Below, one piece after another: positions 28,151-38,129 of a stretch of 64,000 nucleotides of DNA (position 1 is its first letter; every line of letters begins with the position of its first letter). The position numbers and the translations under genes are program-made. The stretch covers positions 4,805-68,804 of the forward strand of contig CAZGUZ010000004.1 of NCBI GenBank assembly GCA_964529025.1. The letters are read 5' to 3'. Origin of the DNA: an uncultured Candidatus Saccharibacteria bacterium (lineage in GTDB: Bacteria; Patescibacteriota; Minisyncoccia; Phycocordibacterales; PALSA-1337). The notes beneath the pieces are model-generated. The model had not been told where the DNA came from. It was given only the letters and a program-made list of their open reading frames with translations, and made no database searches.

Positions 28151-28522
28151 TTATTTAATATCTGACTGTACTTCGGGGTTCGAAGAAATTTCTTCAATGC
28201 GCTGGCGATTCTTTTCGCCAACATCGAGAATAAAGTCAAAACGAGGAATTCTAAAGAGTCGAGATTTTTCTGTTACATAGCTTCGTAGATCGCTGCGCAT
28301 ACGTTTCAAAAATTCAAGTGCTGTTTCGGCCATTGAATCTGGTAGAACGGTAACGAAAATTCGAGCTTCGCGGCCTCGGTCAATGAGTTCGACACGAGTT
28401 ACAGTAATAAGAGAGGTGCGATTTGATTCACGCTCAATAAAATCTGCTGCGAGACTCTTAATAATATCGGTCATTCGACCATCTTTTTGACTTGAAGTTT
28501 TTTCTGTAATGAATCCTCCCAT
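28151..28522 (-). CDS. rbfA: ribosome-binding factor A
   Basis: About 120-aa protein downstream of infB; SLITVTRVELIDRGREARIFVTVL matches the RbfA KH-like core. Confidence 0.7.
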   Translation of the reverse strand: MGGFITEKTSSQKDGRMTDIIKSLAADFIERESNRTSLITVTRVELIDRGREARIFVTVLPDSMAETALEFLKRMRSDLRSYVTEKSRLFRIPRFDFILDVGEKNRQRIEEISSNPEVQSDIK

Positions 28523-28531
28523 ATATTTAAG

Positions 28532-30085
28532 TTAAAATGTTTTTTCTGCGGTTTTCTCTACGGTATGGAATGCTTCTATTTTATCACCCACTGCAATTTC
28601 GATAGAACATTCAATCATCATTCCGCACTCAAATCCTTCGCGCACTTCATTACCTTTAACTTTTTGCACCTGGATTTCGCGGATCTTTCCCATAGCTACT
28701 TGAATGTCTCGGCGCATGATTCTGACCTCGTTTCCTGTGCGTAGGGTACCCTCGGTTACCTTAAGACCAATGATTCTGCGGTCTTTCTGACTTCCAAAGA
28801 GGGCAAGAATTTTTCCTTTGCCGGTAATTTCTTCGACAAATTCTTTAGGAATCTTTGAAGTTACGATTCCCTTAAGGTAATCAATGAGTTCGTAAATAAT
28901 TGTATAGGTAGAAATGGTAACCGGTGTTCGTTCAATAACTGCACGGGCTTTTGTATCAACCTTAGTATTAAAGGCAACAATAATAGTGTCAGGGTTTGGA
29001 ATTGCTGCTTTAACATCGGCTTCGGTAACATCACCAATACCTTCGCTAATAACGTGGATTTTTACCTTAGGATGGCTAATTTTCTTAAGTTCATGATGAA
29101 TTCCTTCAATACTGCCAGTTACATCGGCTTTAATAATGAGGGGAATATACACCATACCTTCTTCAACAGGCATTGCTTCTTTGGTATTGAGCTTAAGTTC
29201 TTTTTCGAGATTGATATTTTTAAGAACCTCGGCCTCGGCTTCTTTTTTGGTTGCTACGATACTAATTGTTGAGCCAACACGAGGAATTGCATTCCAGCCA
29301 ATAATTTTAACGGGGCTCGAAGGAATAGCGCTTTTGATGAGTTTTCCTTGATAGTTTTCCATGATGCGAATTGGAGCAAAAGCGTTCTCGGCAACAATGA
29401 AGTCGCCAGAGGTAATTGTTCCATTGGTTACGATCACCGTAGCAGAAACACCTTTTTTTGTATCAAGATTTGCCTCGATAATTACTCCTTGCGCTGGGGC
29501 AGAGTGGTCTGCAGTTAAGTCTTCGAGCTCTGCAACGAGCATAATCATATCAAGAAGATCAGGAATACCTGTTCCTTTAAGGGCTGAAATATTAACGACA
29601 GGAGTGTCGCCGCCATAGCCTTCAACGTAAACCTCGGCTTCAGCTAGGGTAAGTTTTGTTCGCTCAGGATCAGCGCCTGGTTTATCAATTTTATTAATAG
29701 CCACGATAAAAGGTAGTTGCTCTTTTTTAATGCAATTAAGAGCTTCGAGAGTTTGTGGCTTTACGCCGTCTTCGGCAGAAACAACGAGGATAGCAATATC
29801 AGCAACCTTTGCTCCACGAGAACGAATACCAGAAAACGCTGCATGGCCAGGAGTGTCCAAAAAAGTAATAGTTCCTTTTTTACCTTCGCTTGTTGTGTGC
29901 TCTACTTCGTATGCGCCAAGGTGCTGTGTAATACCACCAGCTTCATGAGCTACAATGTTTGATTTGCGAATATAGTCGAGAAGGGTAGATTTACCATGGT
30001 CAATATGGCCCATGATAACAACAACAGGGGGTCGAGAAGTACTACCCTGTGATACGGGCTCTACATTGTGAGTGCGAGGAGACAT
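28532..30085 (-). CDS. infB: translation initiation factor IF-2 (short form)
   Basis: G-domain VVVIMGHIDHGKSTLLD, DTPGH, NKID; C-terminal IF2 domains. Confidence 0.9.
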   Translation of the reverse strand: MSPRTHNVEPVSQGSTSRPPVVVIMGHIDHGKSTLLDYIRKSNIVAHEAGGITQHLGAYEVEHTTSEGKKGTITFLDTPGHAAFSGIRSRGAKVADIAILVVSAEDGVKPQTLEALNCIKKEQLPFIVAINKIDKPGADPERTKLTLAEAEVYVEGYGGDTPVVNISALKGTGIPDLLDMIMLVAELEDLTADHSAPAQGVIIEANLDTKKGVSATVIVTNGTITSGDFIVAENAFAPIRIMENYQGKLIKSAIPSSPVKIIGWNAIPRVGSTISIVATKKEAEAEVLKNINLEKELKLNTKEAMPVEEGMVYIPLIIKADVTGSIEGIHHELKKISHPKVKIHVISEGIGDVTEADVKAAIPNPDTIIVAFNTKVDTKARAVIERTPVTISTYTIIYELIDYLKGIVTSKIPKEFVEEITGKGKILALFGSQKDRRIIGLKVTEGTLRTGNEVRIMRRDIQVAMGKIREIQVQKVKGNEVREGFECGMMIECSIEIAVGDKIEAFHTVEKTAEKTF

Positions 30086-30122
30086 GCACTACATCATATA
30101 ACAAAATGTGCATTTGGTAAAG

Positions 30123-30587
30123 CTAGTTAAGCTTTTTGCGGGCTTCACTGAGGGCTAGTTTTTCTTCGGCAGTAAGCTCAAATTCTGAGTCGTACTTAGT
30201 AATTGGTTTTGAATATACACTAACATGGTCACGAGAATATAAGCTTGAAATAATTACTCCATCGCCATGCTCATTTAAAAGTGCTGTTGCAAAACTTTGA
30301 TTGCCACCCGAGCCAGTTCCTTTAAAAGGGTTAAAGCGAACAGTATGAATTCCTTGTGTGCTACGCTTAAGGCGACCCTCTACTGTCTGCAAATAGTTCT
30401 CAAGCTCTTGGCGAAACTTTTTTAAATCAATAACATCGGTATCAATTGCTCCAAGAGCACCTTCGATATTGTCGGCACCTGTTGTCCGTAAAAACTTTTT
30501 GAGCTTGTACTCGAGGCGAATAATAAGACCAGCAAGAATAAGTACAAGAACTATAAGAGAAATAATGAGAATATTTTCGAGTGACAT
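30123..30587 (-). CDS. DUF4446-family membrane-anchored protein
   Basis: N-terminal TM plus conserved RFNPFKGTGSGGNQSFA...SSLYSRD block typical of DUF4446. Confidence 0.55.
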   Translation of the reverse strand: MSLENILIISLIVLVLILAGLIIRLEYKLKKFLRTTGADNIEGALGAIDTDVIDLKKFRQELENYLQTVEGRLKRSTQGIHTVRFNPFKGTGSGGNQSFATALLNEHGDGVIISSLYSRDHVSVYSKPITKYDSEFELTAEEKLALSEARKKLN

Positions 30588-30683
30588 GCTATGAGTATAT
30601 CAAATTTTTGTAGCAGACTTTTTGTGTGCAAGAATACACCATACACAATTGCATAGAGCAAGGTTACCGTGTAGAGTATAGTT

Positions 30684-31991
30684 ATGAAAATCGTGAGTCA
30701 TTTAAATGCTGCCTACATAGCATGTACCGAGAGTCTTCATCGCACTTTTGTGCGCAATTTTTGGTACGGTTCATATATACGGGGCTATGCTGATTATGCA
30801 GCTCTTACTCCTCTTGATCCAAGGAATGGCTCATTGCATGCACTCATAAGTGGTCACAACTTACGAAATATCTGGGCTAACCCTGGCTCTTTGCATACAC
30901 AGGGTGTATATGCTCGAAGGGCTTTAGCAGAGCAGAGGAATGTTTGTGCCGAGCTTTTACGCGCACATGCCGACGAAATTATTTTTACCAGCTCTGGCAC
31001 CGAGGCTAATAACCTGGCTATTATGGGCTACATTGAAGCCCTCATTGATACAGGTATGAAATATGCTGATATGCATATTATTGTTTCATCAATCGAACAT
31101 CAATCTGTACTTGCTTGTATTGAAGAGCTTGAAAAGCGTGGGGTAAAAGTGACTTATATAAGTGTTGAGCACGGTAAATTTGATTTTGAGGCTTTTGATA
31201 AAGCTCTTAAGAATAATAAAAATACTGTGCTCGTTTCGTGCATGATGGTTAACAATGAAGTCGGTATTCGCTTGCCAGTTGAAGACATTGTTAAAAAAGT
31301 GCGCCACTATAATAGTGAGAACAATGCGGGCGGTAACAATAAAGCACCGGCACCACGCTGCCGAATTCACACTGATGCTTGCCAAGCAATAGTGCACGAA
31401 CAAATTTCTCTAGAAAAACTTGGTGTAGATTTTCTGGTTCTTGATAGTCATAAAATATATGGCCCTCGCGGAGTTGGAATACTTTTTGCTCGCCGTGGAG
31501 CAGAACTTAAATCTGTAATATATGGTGGAGGTCAAGAAAACGGCCGCCGCAGCGGAACAGAAAACTTATACGGTATACACGGTGCAGTGACAGCTCTTAA
31601 GCGAATAAATGAGATCCGTACCTATGAAACCATGCGTATTTCAAAACTCCAAAACTATTTTGAAAACAAAGTTAAACAGTCAAAGATTCTTGGTGCAAAA
31701 TTTAAGTGCATTGGTGCAGACGTTCGCCGTAGTCCGCATATATCAAGCCTACTTGTGCCCGAAGGAGTAGATGCAGAAATGCTCGTTTTAAGACTCGACG
31801 CAGCTCATTGTGCAATCTCTACAAAAAGTGCTTGCTTACGCGATGAAGATGAATCGTATGTTCTTGCAAATCTTGGTTTTAAAGGCCGACACGCTCTACG
31901 TTTTTCTTGGGGAAGATATACAACAAAAGGGGATATACAAAGAATGGTGGCAGAGCTTGAAAGAATTGTTAAAATTTTTGTGCAAAAATAG
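30684..31991 (+). CDS. cysteine desulfurase (class V aminotransferase, IscS/NifS-like) with internal insertion
   Basis: YADYAALTPLDP, FTSSGTEANNLAI, PLP-Lys motif DSHKIYGPRGVG; an extra Asn/Gly-rich insert NSENNAGGNNKAPAP. Confidence 0.75.
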   Translation: MKIVSHLNAAYIACTESLHRTFVRNFWYGSYIRGYADYAALTPLDPRNGSLHALISGHNLRNIWANPGSLHTQGVYARRALAEQRNVCAELLRAHADEIIFTSSGTEANNLAIMGYIEALIDTGMKYADMHIIVSSIEHQSVLACIEELEKRGVKVTYISVEHGKFDFEAFDKALKNNKNTVLVSCMMVNNEVGIRLPVEDIVKKVRHYNSENNAGGNNKAPAPRCRIHTDACQAIVHEQISLEKLGVDFLVLDSHKIYGPRGVGILFARRGAELKSVIYGGGQENGRRSGTENLYGIHGAVTALKRINEIRTYETMRISKLQNYFENKVKQSKILGAKFKCIGADVRRSPHISSLLVPEGVDAEMLVLRLDAAHCAISTKSACLRDEDESYVLANLGFKGRHALRFSWGRYTTKGDIQRMVAELERIVKIFVQK

Positions 31992-32038
31992 GTTTTGACG
32001 ATATATAAAACTGTACTATAGTATATATATGATAAATT

Positions 32039-32215
32039 TCCTCAGAAAAATCTTTAGGCCACACCCAGCATCACTCGATGCTGTTATTGAGCGTCAGTTT
32101 AAAGCCAATAAGGGTGTTTTTAAGGATTTAAGAGATTACGATGCAGGAAAAAAAGATATTTCAACAACTAACATCGAAAAACTTATTGGAGATTTACACC
32201 AGTAAGCTCGTAGAA
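32039..32215 (+). CDS. candidate small ORF (58 aa), hypothetical
   Basis: ATG at 32039 to TAA at 32213-32215 (MINFLRKIFRPHPASLDAVIERQFKANKGVFKDLRDYDAGKKDISTTNIEKLIGDLHQ); host-like codon usage; not in the supplied ORF track because it is under 60 aa. Confidence 0.3.
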
Positions 32216-32245
32216 AAATTTACACTTTGATTTATAAGTAAAAGA

Positions 32246-33073
32246 GTGTACTATACAGGTATGGAAGATCTCACCAAACAACAAATTGTTCTGGTTACGA
32301 TACTCACAAGTTTTGTAACATCTATTGCAACAGGCATTGTGGTGGTTTCACTTGTTGATACAACACCTCAAGGTAATGTAGTTCAAACAATTAATCGCGT
32401 TGTTGAACGTACAATTGAAAAAGTTGTTACGCCAGAACCTGCTCTACAACAAGCAGCAGCAGTTCAGACAGTTAAGACAGTTATTGTTCCTGCCGAAGAT
32501 GTTATTGCTCAAGCTACAGAAAAGACAATTAATTCAGTAGGCACAATAAAATTAGTACAAAGAAATTCTCCAGCATCATTTGTGGCTATCGGTGCAGTTA
32601 TTGGAGACGGTACAGTTGTAATGACCGATGCTGGGGTAATTAATCAGACAAGTAAATATACAGTTACTTTTTACGGCCAAACAGAAGCAGTTCCAGTTAC
32701 AGAAATTATTATTCCAAAAAATAGTGCAGTAGCATTTTTAAGATTTGGCCCAGTTCCACCCGGGGTAAAGCTTAGCCCACTTGAAATTGCAGAAAACGAT
32801 CAAGTAAAAGTAGGACAAACAAACCTCGTATATAATGGCAGAGAAGTAGTAAAAGTAGCCCAAACACTCATTGATGGCCAAGTCGCCTCAACACCAACTA
32901 CGCCCGATGGAATGAGTTTCTCACAAACATTGCAATTTGTACCAGGATCTTTCGCAGTTAATTTGCAAGGAAAAATATCAGGAATGTATCTTGTAGACAC
33001 AGCAACAACACGACCAGATTTTCCTTTCGTTTCGGTGACAACACTTAAAAATTCTCGAGCTCTTCTCAAGTAG
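32246..33073 (+). CDS. hypothetical membrane-anchored protein, possibly a catalytically degenerate trypsin-like (S1C) fold
   Basis: N-terminal TM. The downstream pattern (DGTVVMTDAGVI; YTVTFYGQTEAVPV...SAVAFLRF; VGQTNLVYNG) follows the spacing of HtrA-type protease blocks but with the His/Asp/Ser positions substituted. Confidence 0.35.
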   Translation: MYYTGMEDLTKQQIVLVTILTSFVTSIATGIVVVSLVDTTPQGNVVQTINRVVERTIEKVVTPEPALQQAAAVQTVKTVIVPAEDVIAQATEKTINSVGTIKLVQRNSPASFVAIGAVIGDGTVVMTDAGVINQTSKYTVTFYGQTEAVPVTEIIIPKNSAVAFLRFGPVPPGVKLSPLEIAENDQVKVGQTNLVYNGREVVKVAQTLIDGQVASTPTTPDGMSFSQTLQFVPGSFAVNLQGKISGMYLVDTATTRPDFPFVSVTTLKNSRALLK

Positions 33074-33152
33074 GATAGTTAAATATGACAGTGAAAATGC
33101 AAAAAGTGCGGTTTGACCCGACCCTAATTTATTGGTATAGTTTTTCCACGAT

Positions 33153-35831
33153 ATGCCCCCATTCAAAGATTTTACAACCAAAGCTAAAGAAGCAATTAGA
33201 AAGGCTCATGAATTAGCAATAGAGCGCGGACAGAATCATGTTAATCCTGTGCATCTTTTGTGTGCTCTTGTTGTGCAAGAAGAAAGTATGGTGGTTTCTA
33301 TTCTCGATAAGCTCGAAATTGATACAGTTTCTTTCACTGATCATGTTGTGGATAGTATTGAGTCTCCAGAAAACGCAACAGTACTTTCGCCATCGTATCA
33401 AATCTATTTAACTCCTGATTTGGCTCAGATTCTTGAGAATGCAGCAAAAGTAGCACAGAGTATGGGTGATAATTTTATCTCTACTGAACACCTCTTTGTG
33501 TCGATTCTTGATATTGCTGGCCAAGCTAAAGAGATTTTGTCTAAGTTTAAGATTCAACGCGCTGCTGTTGTGCGTGTTATTGAAGAACTTCGCACACAAA
33601 ATTCTTCGAATGCAAAGAATGATAAGAGTATGCGAACACTCGCAAAGTACACGCGTAGCCTTACTCGTTTAGCTAAAGAAAATAAGCTTGACCCTGTAAT
33701 TGGCCGCGATACCGAAATTTTGCGTGTTATTCAAATCTTGTCACGCCGAACAAAAAACAATCCAATCCTCATTGGTGAAGCTGGTGTAGGTAAAACTGCA
33801 GTAGCCGAAGGCTTGGCTTTGCGCATGGCAGCGGGCGATGTTCCAGAATCACTTAAGGATAAAGAGCTCGTTTCTCTTGATTTGGGTGCGCTTGTTGCTG
33901 GTACAAAGTACCGTGGAGAATTTGAAGAGCGACTCAAAAATATTCTTAAAGAAATTGAGCGTGCCGAAGGTAAGGTGATTCTTTTTATCGATGAAATCCA
34001 CACAATCGTAGGGGCAGGGGCTTCTGAAGGATCAATGGATGCTTCAAATATGCTTAAGCCAGCTCTTGCTCGTGGCGAACTCCGTGCAATTGGTGCAACA
34101 ACACTCCGTGAGTATCAAAAGCATATTGAAAAGGATCCCGCTCTTACTCGACGCTTCCAGCCAGTATACGTTAATGAGCCTTCTGAAGAAGATGCAATTT
34201 CTATTCTTCGTGGCCTTAAAGAAAAGTACGAGCTGTACCACGGCGTGCGTATTACTGACGATGCCCTTGTGGCGGCTGTTGAACTTTCAACACGCTATAT
34301 CGCTGATCGTTTTTTGCCTGATAAAACAGTCGACCTTATTGACGAAGCTGCTTCTGCTCTTAAGATTTCTCTTGAAAATATGCCACCAGAGCTCGAAGAA
34401 ACTCGTCGCAAAATTATGCGCCTCGAAATTGAGCGCGAAGCCCTTAAAAAGGAGACTTCGAAAGAATCAAAAGCTCGAACAGAAAAGATCGAGACTGATA
34501 TTGCTGACCTTAAAGAAGGTACTTCAGAGCTCGAGCTTAAATGGAAAAATGAAAAAGATACTCTTACCGAAATTAAGCGCATTAAAAAAGACCTTGAGCA
34601 ATTGCGTATTGATGCAGAGTCTGCAGAGGCTCGTGCCGATTTAGCTCGAGCTGCCGAAATTCGCTACGGAAAGATTCCAGCCCTCGAGCGAGATTTAGAT
34701 ATAAAGAGCAAGCGCCTCAAAAAGCTACAATCATCACGCAGAATTCTTAAAGAAGAAATTACTGCCGAAGACATTGCAGATGTTGTCTCTCGTTGGACAG
34801 GTATTCCTGTATCACGCATGCTCGAAGCCGAGGCTCATAAATTGTCGCGTATGGAAGAAGAGCTTAAAAAGCGCATTGTTGGCCAAGATGAAGCAGTGCA
34901 AAAGATTTCTGACACCATTAAACGTTCTCGTGCAGGAATTGCTGATCCAAATCGACCAATTGGCTCTTTCATTTTCCTTGGACCAACGGGTGTTGGTAAG
35001 ACAGAACTTACGAAGGCTCTTGCAGAATTCCTCTTCAATGACGATAAAGCATTAATTCGAGTTGATATGAGTGAGTTCATGGAAAAACATTCAATTGCTA
35101 AACTTATTGGTGCTCCTCCAGGCTATGTTGGTTACGATGAAGGTGGCGGCCTTACCGAAAAAGTTCGACATCGACCATACTCTGTTATTTTGTTCGATGA
35201 AATCGAAAAAGCTCACCCAGAAGTATTTAATATGCTTCTTCAGGTTCTTGATAATGGTCGCCTTACCGATGCAAAGGGAAGAACGGTTAACTTTAAGAAT
35301 ACCGTTATTATCATGACCTCAAATATTGGCGCTCAGTACATCGAGAGGATGGAAAAGATTGGCTTCTCAGGTTCTGCTTCATTGGCGCAAACCATAAGTG
35401 GCGAACGTGATCGAGCAAGCTATGCCGATGTTAAGGATAAGGTTATGGGTAGTCTTAAAGATTACTTTAGACCAGAATTCCTTAACCGCATCGACGACAT
35501 TATTCTCTTTGATATCTTGAGCAAAGAATCAATTCAGAACATTGTTAAAATCCAAGTTAAAGAAGTCGTTGATCGTTTGACTGCTAAAGACATCTATCTT
35601 GAAATATCTCAAGAAGTATACGAATACTTAGCTCGTGAAGGTTATAACCCTCAGTACGGAGCACGCCCATTGCGCCGACTTATTCAGAATAAGATTCTGA
35701 CACAGGTTGCCAATCTTATGATTTCGCGTGGAATCACAAAGGGTGGAACAATCCTTGTTGGAATTAAGGGTGAAGCATTTACTTTCGATGTAAAGAAGGT
35801 TCGAAAGGGAGTAAAAGAATTAGTTGTATAA
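33153..35831 (+). CDS. clpB: ATP-dependent chaperone ClpB
   Basis: Clp N-domain, two AAA modules (GEAGVGKTA; GPTGVGKTE), long middle coiled coil. Confidence 0.95.
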   Translation: MPPFKDFTTKAKEAIRKAHELAIERGQNHVNPVHLLCALVVQEESMVVSILDKLEIDTVSFTDHVVDSIESPENATVLSPSYQIYLTPDLAQILENAAKVAQSMGDNFISTEHLFVSILDIAGQAKEILSKFKIQRAAVVRVIEELRTQNSSNAKNDKSMRTLAKYTRSLTRLAKENKLDPVIGRDTEILRVIQILSRRTKNNPILIGEAGVGKTAVAEGLALRMAAGDVPESLKDKELVSLDLGALVAGTKYRGEFEERLKNILKEIERAEGKVILFIDEIHTIVGAGASEGSMDASNMLKPALARGELRAIGATTLREYQKHIEKDPALTRRFQPVYVNEPSEEDAISILRGLKEKYELYHGVRITDDALVAAVELSTRYIADRFLPDKTVDLIDEAASALKISLENMPPELEETRRKIMRLEIEREALKKETSKESKARTEKIETDIADLKEGTSELELKWKNEKDTLTEIKRIKKDLEQLRIDAESAEARADLARAAEIRYGKIPALERDLDIKSKRLKKLQSSRRILKEEITAEDIADVVSRWTGIPVSRMLEAEAHKLSRMEEELKKRIVGQDEAVQKISDTIKRSRAGIADPNRPIGSFIFLGPTGVGKTELTKALAEFLFNDDKALIRVDMSEFMEKHSIAKLIGAPPGYVGYDEGGGLTEKVRHRPYSVILFDEIEKAHPEVFNMLLQVLDNGRLTDAKGRTVNFKNTVIIMTSNIGAQYIERMEKIGFSGSASLAQTISGERDRASYADVKDKVMGSLKDYFRPEFLNRIDDIILFDILSKESIQNIVKIQVKEVVDRLTAKDIYLEISQEVYEYLAREGYNPQYGARPLRRLIQNKILTQVANLMISRGITKGGTILVGIKGEAFTFDVKKVRKGVKELVV

Positions 35832-35922
35832 GACATGAGCTTAAAGAAAGAAAAAGGCCCCAGCACCAGTGAGGGCTTTTTTCTTTATAAATATGTGCTA
35901 TAATTTGACCGTTATTTTATTT

Positions 35923-36008
35923 GCGCAGGTGGTAGAGTGGTCAATTACAACAGACTGTAAATCTGTCGCCTTCGGGCTACGGGGGTTCAAATCCCTCCCT
36001 GCGCACCA
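35923..36008 (+). tRNA. tRNA-Tyr (anticodon GTA), CCA encoded
   Basis: GCGCAGGTGGTAGAGTGGTCAATTACAACAGACTGTAAATCTGTCGCCTTCGGGCTACGGGGGTTCAAATCCCTCCCTGCGCACCA. Confidence 0.85.
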
Positions 36009-36012
36009 ATTA

Positions 36013-36036
36013 AAAAACCGCCCCAAGGCGGTTTTT
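36013..36036 (+). terminator. terminator hairpin aaaaaccgccccaaggcggttttt
   Basis: Stem accgcc/ggcggt with a T-run, directly after tRNA-Tyr. Confidence 0.6.
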
Positions 36037-36037
36037 A

Positions 36038-36210
36038 AGTGCGCAGGGAGGGATTTGAAAGACGGAACGAGCGCAGGCGAGCGAGTCGGGTGAGAATGTG
36101 TAGCATTCGCAAGACTCATTGAGCTCGAGTACTCGAGGGCCAATGAGTGGACAGACCCTGTAAGGGTCGCAGAAACTTTCAGCAGAAAATTATCTGTGAC
36201 CAAATCCTTG
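36038..36210 (+). repeat. copy E4 of the GC-rich repeated element; first 21 nt are a perfect inverted copy of the tRNA-Tyr 3' end
   Basis: gtgcgcagggagggatttgaa-AGACGGA-acgagcgcaggcgagcgagtcgggtgagaatgtgtagcattcgcaag...ctgtgaccaaatcc. The reverse complement of nt 36038-36058 equals ttcaaatccctccctgcgcac of the tRNA. Confidence 0.5.
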
Positions 36211-36248
36211 CATTTAAGCATGCGGCGGTATATTCTCTAGCAAGAATG

Positions 36249-36737
36249 AAACTCATAATAATGCGTCATGGAGACCATTTCGAAAATGCGCTCACTAAAT
36301 ATGGAATTGGCCAGATAACAGATCTCGGCAAGGCGCTACCGCAAATCATTGCTAGGCATGGCATTGATGTTTCAAGAGTCCTCTTTTTGGTGAGTCCACA
36401 AGGAAGGACACGTGCAACAGCTTATAGACTCGAGGCACACCTCGAGTCCTGTGGTATGCAACATTGCCAATACGAAGTCGTAGAAGTATTTGAAAGCGAG
36501 GATGATGCTGGCTACCAAAAGGCAGCAGAGCTCATCGCCGAGCGCTGTAAGCGTGAAGACTACACGTTGGTGTGGGTGGTAACCCATTTTTACCATATGG
36601 CTAACGTCCCGTATCTTGTACTGAGTCTGATGTGTGGCGAAGGTGTTGCCGACCCAGTCCAAATCTCTACAGCGTGCTGCGACCCAATCCTGATCGACAC
36701 GACTAATGGTAAGAGCTGGTATCCTCTTTGTGACTAG
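36249..36737 (+). CDS. histidine phosphatase superfamily (phosphoglycerate-mutase-like) protein
   Basis: IIMRHGD (RHG catalytic motif) and a downstream RTRATA segment. Confidence 0.55.
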   Translation, partial: KLIIMRHGDHFENALTKYGIGQITDLGKALPQIIARHGIDVSRVLFLVSPQGRTRATAYRLEAHLESCGMQHCQYEVVEVFESEDDAGYQKAAELIAERCKREDYTLVWVVTHFYHMANVPYLVLSLMCGEGVADPVQISTACCDPILIDTTNGKSWYPLCD

Positions 36738-36767
36738 AGACTGGTTCAATGTCTCACCTTGGTCTAA

Positions 36768-36797
36768 CAAAAAACCGCGCCTAGCGCGGTTTTCTTT
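36768..36797. terminator. bidirectional terminator aaaaaccgcgcctagcgcggttttctttt
   Basis: Perfect stem ccgcgc/gcgcgg between convergent genes. Confidence 0.55.
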
Positions 36798-36802
36798 TGC
36801 AA

Positions 36803-37534
36803 TTATTTCTCTGTCAACAATAGCGTATCAATAGCCGCTTTAACTGCACTATAGGGCTGCGCACCATTAATTGGTACAACCTTACCAGATTTAGTCACAA
36901 TAAAGGTAAATGGAGTACCCATGACACCAGCATTACTACCATCTTCAAGATCCGCTTGAATCTTATCAGTATGCTTTTGGCTTGCCATACACTCATTAAA
37001 CTTTGTTACATTAAGCCCAACAGTAGCAGCAATTTTAGGTAATTCATTCTGATCAAGACCACGAGGAGAATTTTGAGTTACCGCCGGAGTAACTTCATAA
37101 AGCTTATTGGTATAATTCCAGAATCCATCATTACCACCAATTTCAGCAGCACATTCAAGCGCATGAGCTTCATTACGTGCGTTGGGATGAATATTTTCAA
37201 GAGGGAAATGTCGGTACACCCAAGCAACATCACCAGACTTAGCATATTCTTCAGAAATACGCTTCATCGTACCGTGATATGTCTTACAGAAAGGACAAGA
37301 AGTGTCAGAGTACTCAACCAAGAATATTTTGGCCTGAGGATTTCCAAAAATGTGATCATTGGCAGAAATTGGAGCAATTTCACCGCTACCTGCTTGGGGA
37401 ATATTGCTGCCATCATTAACTCGTACACTGGCTCCACGCTGTGTCCACAAAACTGCACCAGCAATTAAAGCGCCAGCGACAATAATTGCCACGGGAATAG
37501 TAATTGGTTGCGAAGAAGGGGTGTGTGTTTCCAT
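36803..37534 (-). CDS. DsbA-like thiol:disulfide oxidoreductase (membrane-anchored)
   Basis: CPFC active site within a thioredoxin fold; N-terminal TM. Confidence 0.65.
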   Translation of the reverse strand: METHTPSSQPITIPVAIIVAGALIAGAVLWTQRGASVRVNDGSNIPQAGSGEIAPISANDHIFGNPQAKIFLVEYSDTSCPFCKTYHGTMKRISEEYAKSGDVAWVYRHFPLENIHPNARNEAHALECAAEIGGNDGFWNYTNKLYEVTPAVTQNSPRGLDQNELPKIAATVGLNVTKFNECMASQKHTDKIQADLEDGSNAGVMGTPFTFIVTKSGKVVPINGAQPYSAVKAAIDTLLLTEK

Positions 37535-37561
37535 GTTTTTTATATATGCTAGTATTGTAGC

Positions 37562-38128
37562 ATGATTCGAAAAACAAAGATTACCCCCAAGAAAATTACC
37601 AAGAAAGCAGTCAAAGTCATGCCCAAAAAAGCCGCTAAAGAACCAAAAATACAGAAAAACCTAGAATTTAAGGTTGGCGATGTTATGCCCGACTTTTTGG
37701 TGAATGATCAAGATGGAAATGCGCATAAGCTTTCTGACTACCGGGGTAGTGTTGTTGTTCTCTATTTTTACCCTAAAGATATGACATCGGGCTGTACGCT
37801 CGAGGCTCAAGGTTTTCAAGAAGCATGGCTCCAATTCACCGCTCTCGGCGCTATGATTTTTGGTGTGAGCCCAGACTCAGAAGAATCACATAATAAATTC
37901 TGCGAAAAAGAATCTATATCATTTCCACTATTTGCAGATATTGACCACAAAATTGCAGATAAATATGGCGTATGGAAAGAAAAGAGTATGTACGGAAAAA
38001 AGTATATGGGAGTTTCTCGCGAGACTTTCGTTATCGATGAAGAAGGAAAACTCATGAAGCACTTTACCGACGTTAAGCCAGCTGATCATCCACAAGAAGT
38101 ATTAAAATTCATCGAAGAAAATAAATAA
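37562..38128 (+). CDS. bcp: thiol peroxidase Bcp / peroxiredoxin with Lys-rich N-terminal extension
   Basis: VVLYFYPKDMTSGCTLEAQGF peroxidatic-Cys motif. Confidence 0.75.
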   Translation: MIRKTKITPKKITKKAVKVMPKKAAKEPKIQKNLEFKVGDVMPDFLVNDQDGNAHKLSDYRGSVVVLYFYPKDMTSGCTLEAQGFQEAWLQFTALGAMIFGVSPDSEESHNKFCEKESISFPLFADIDHKIADKYGVWKEKSMYGKKYMGVSRETFVIDEEGKLMKHFTDVKPADHPQEVLKFIEENK

Positions 38129-38129
38129 T

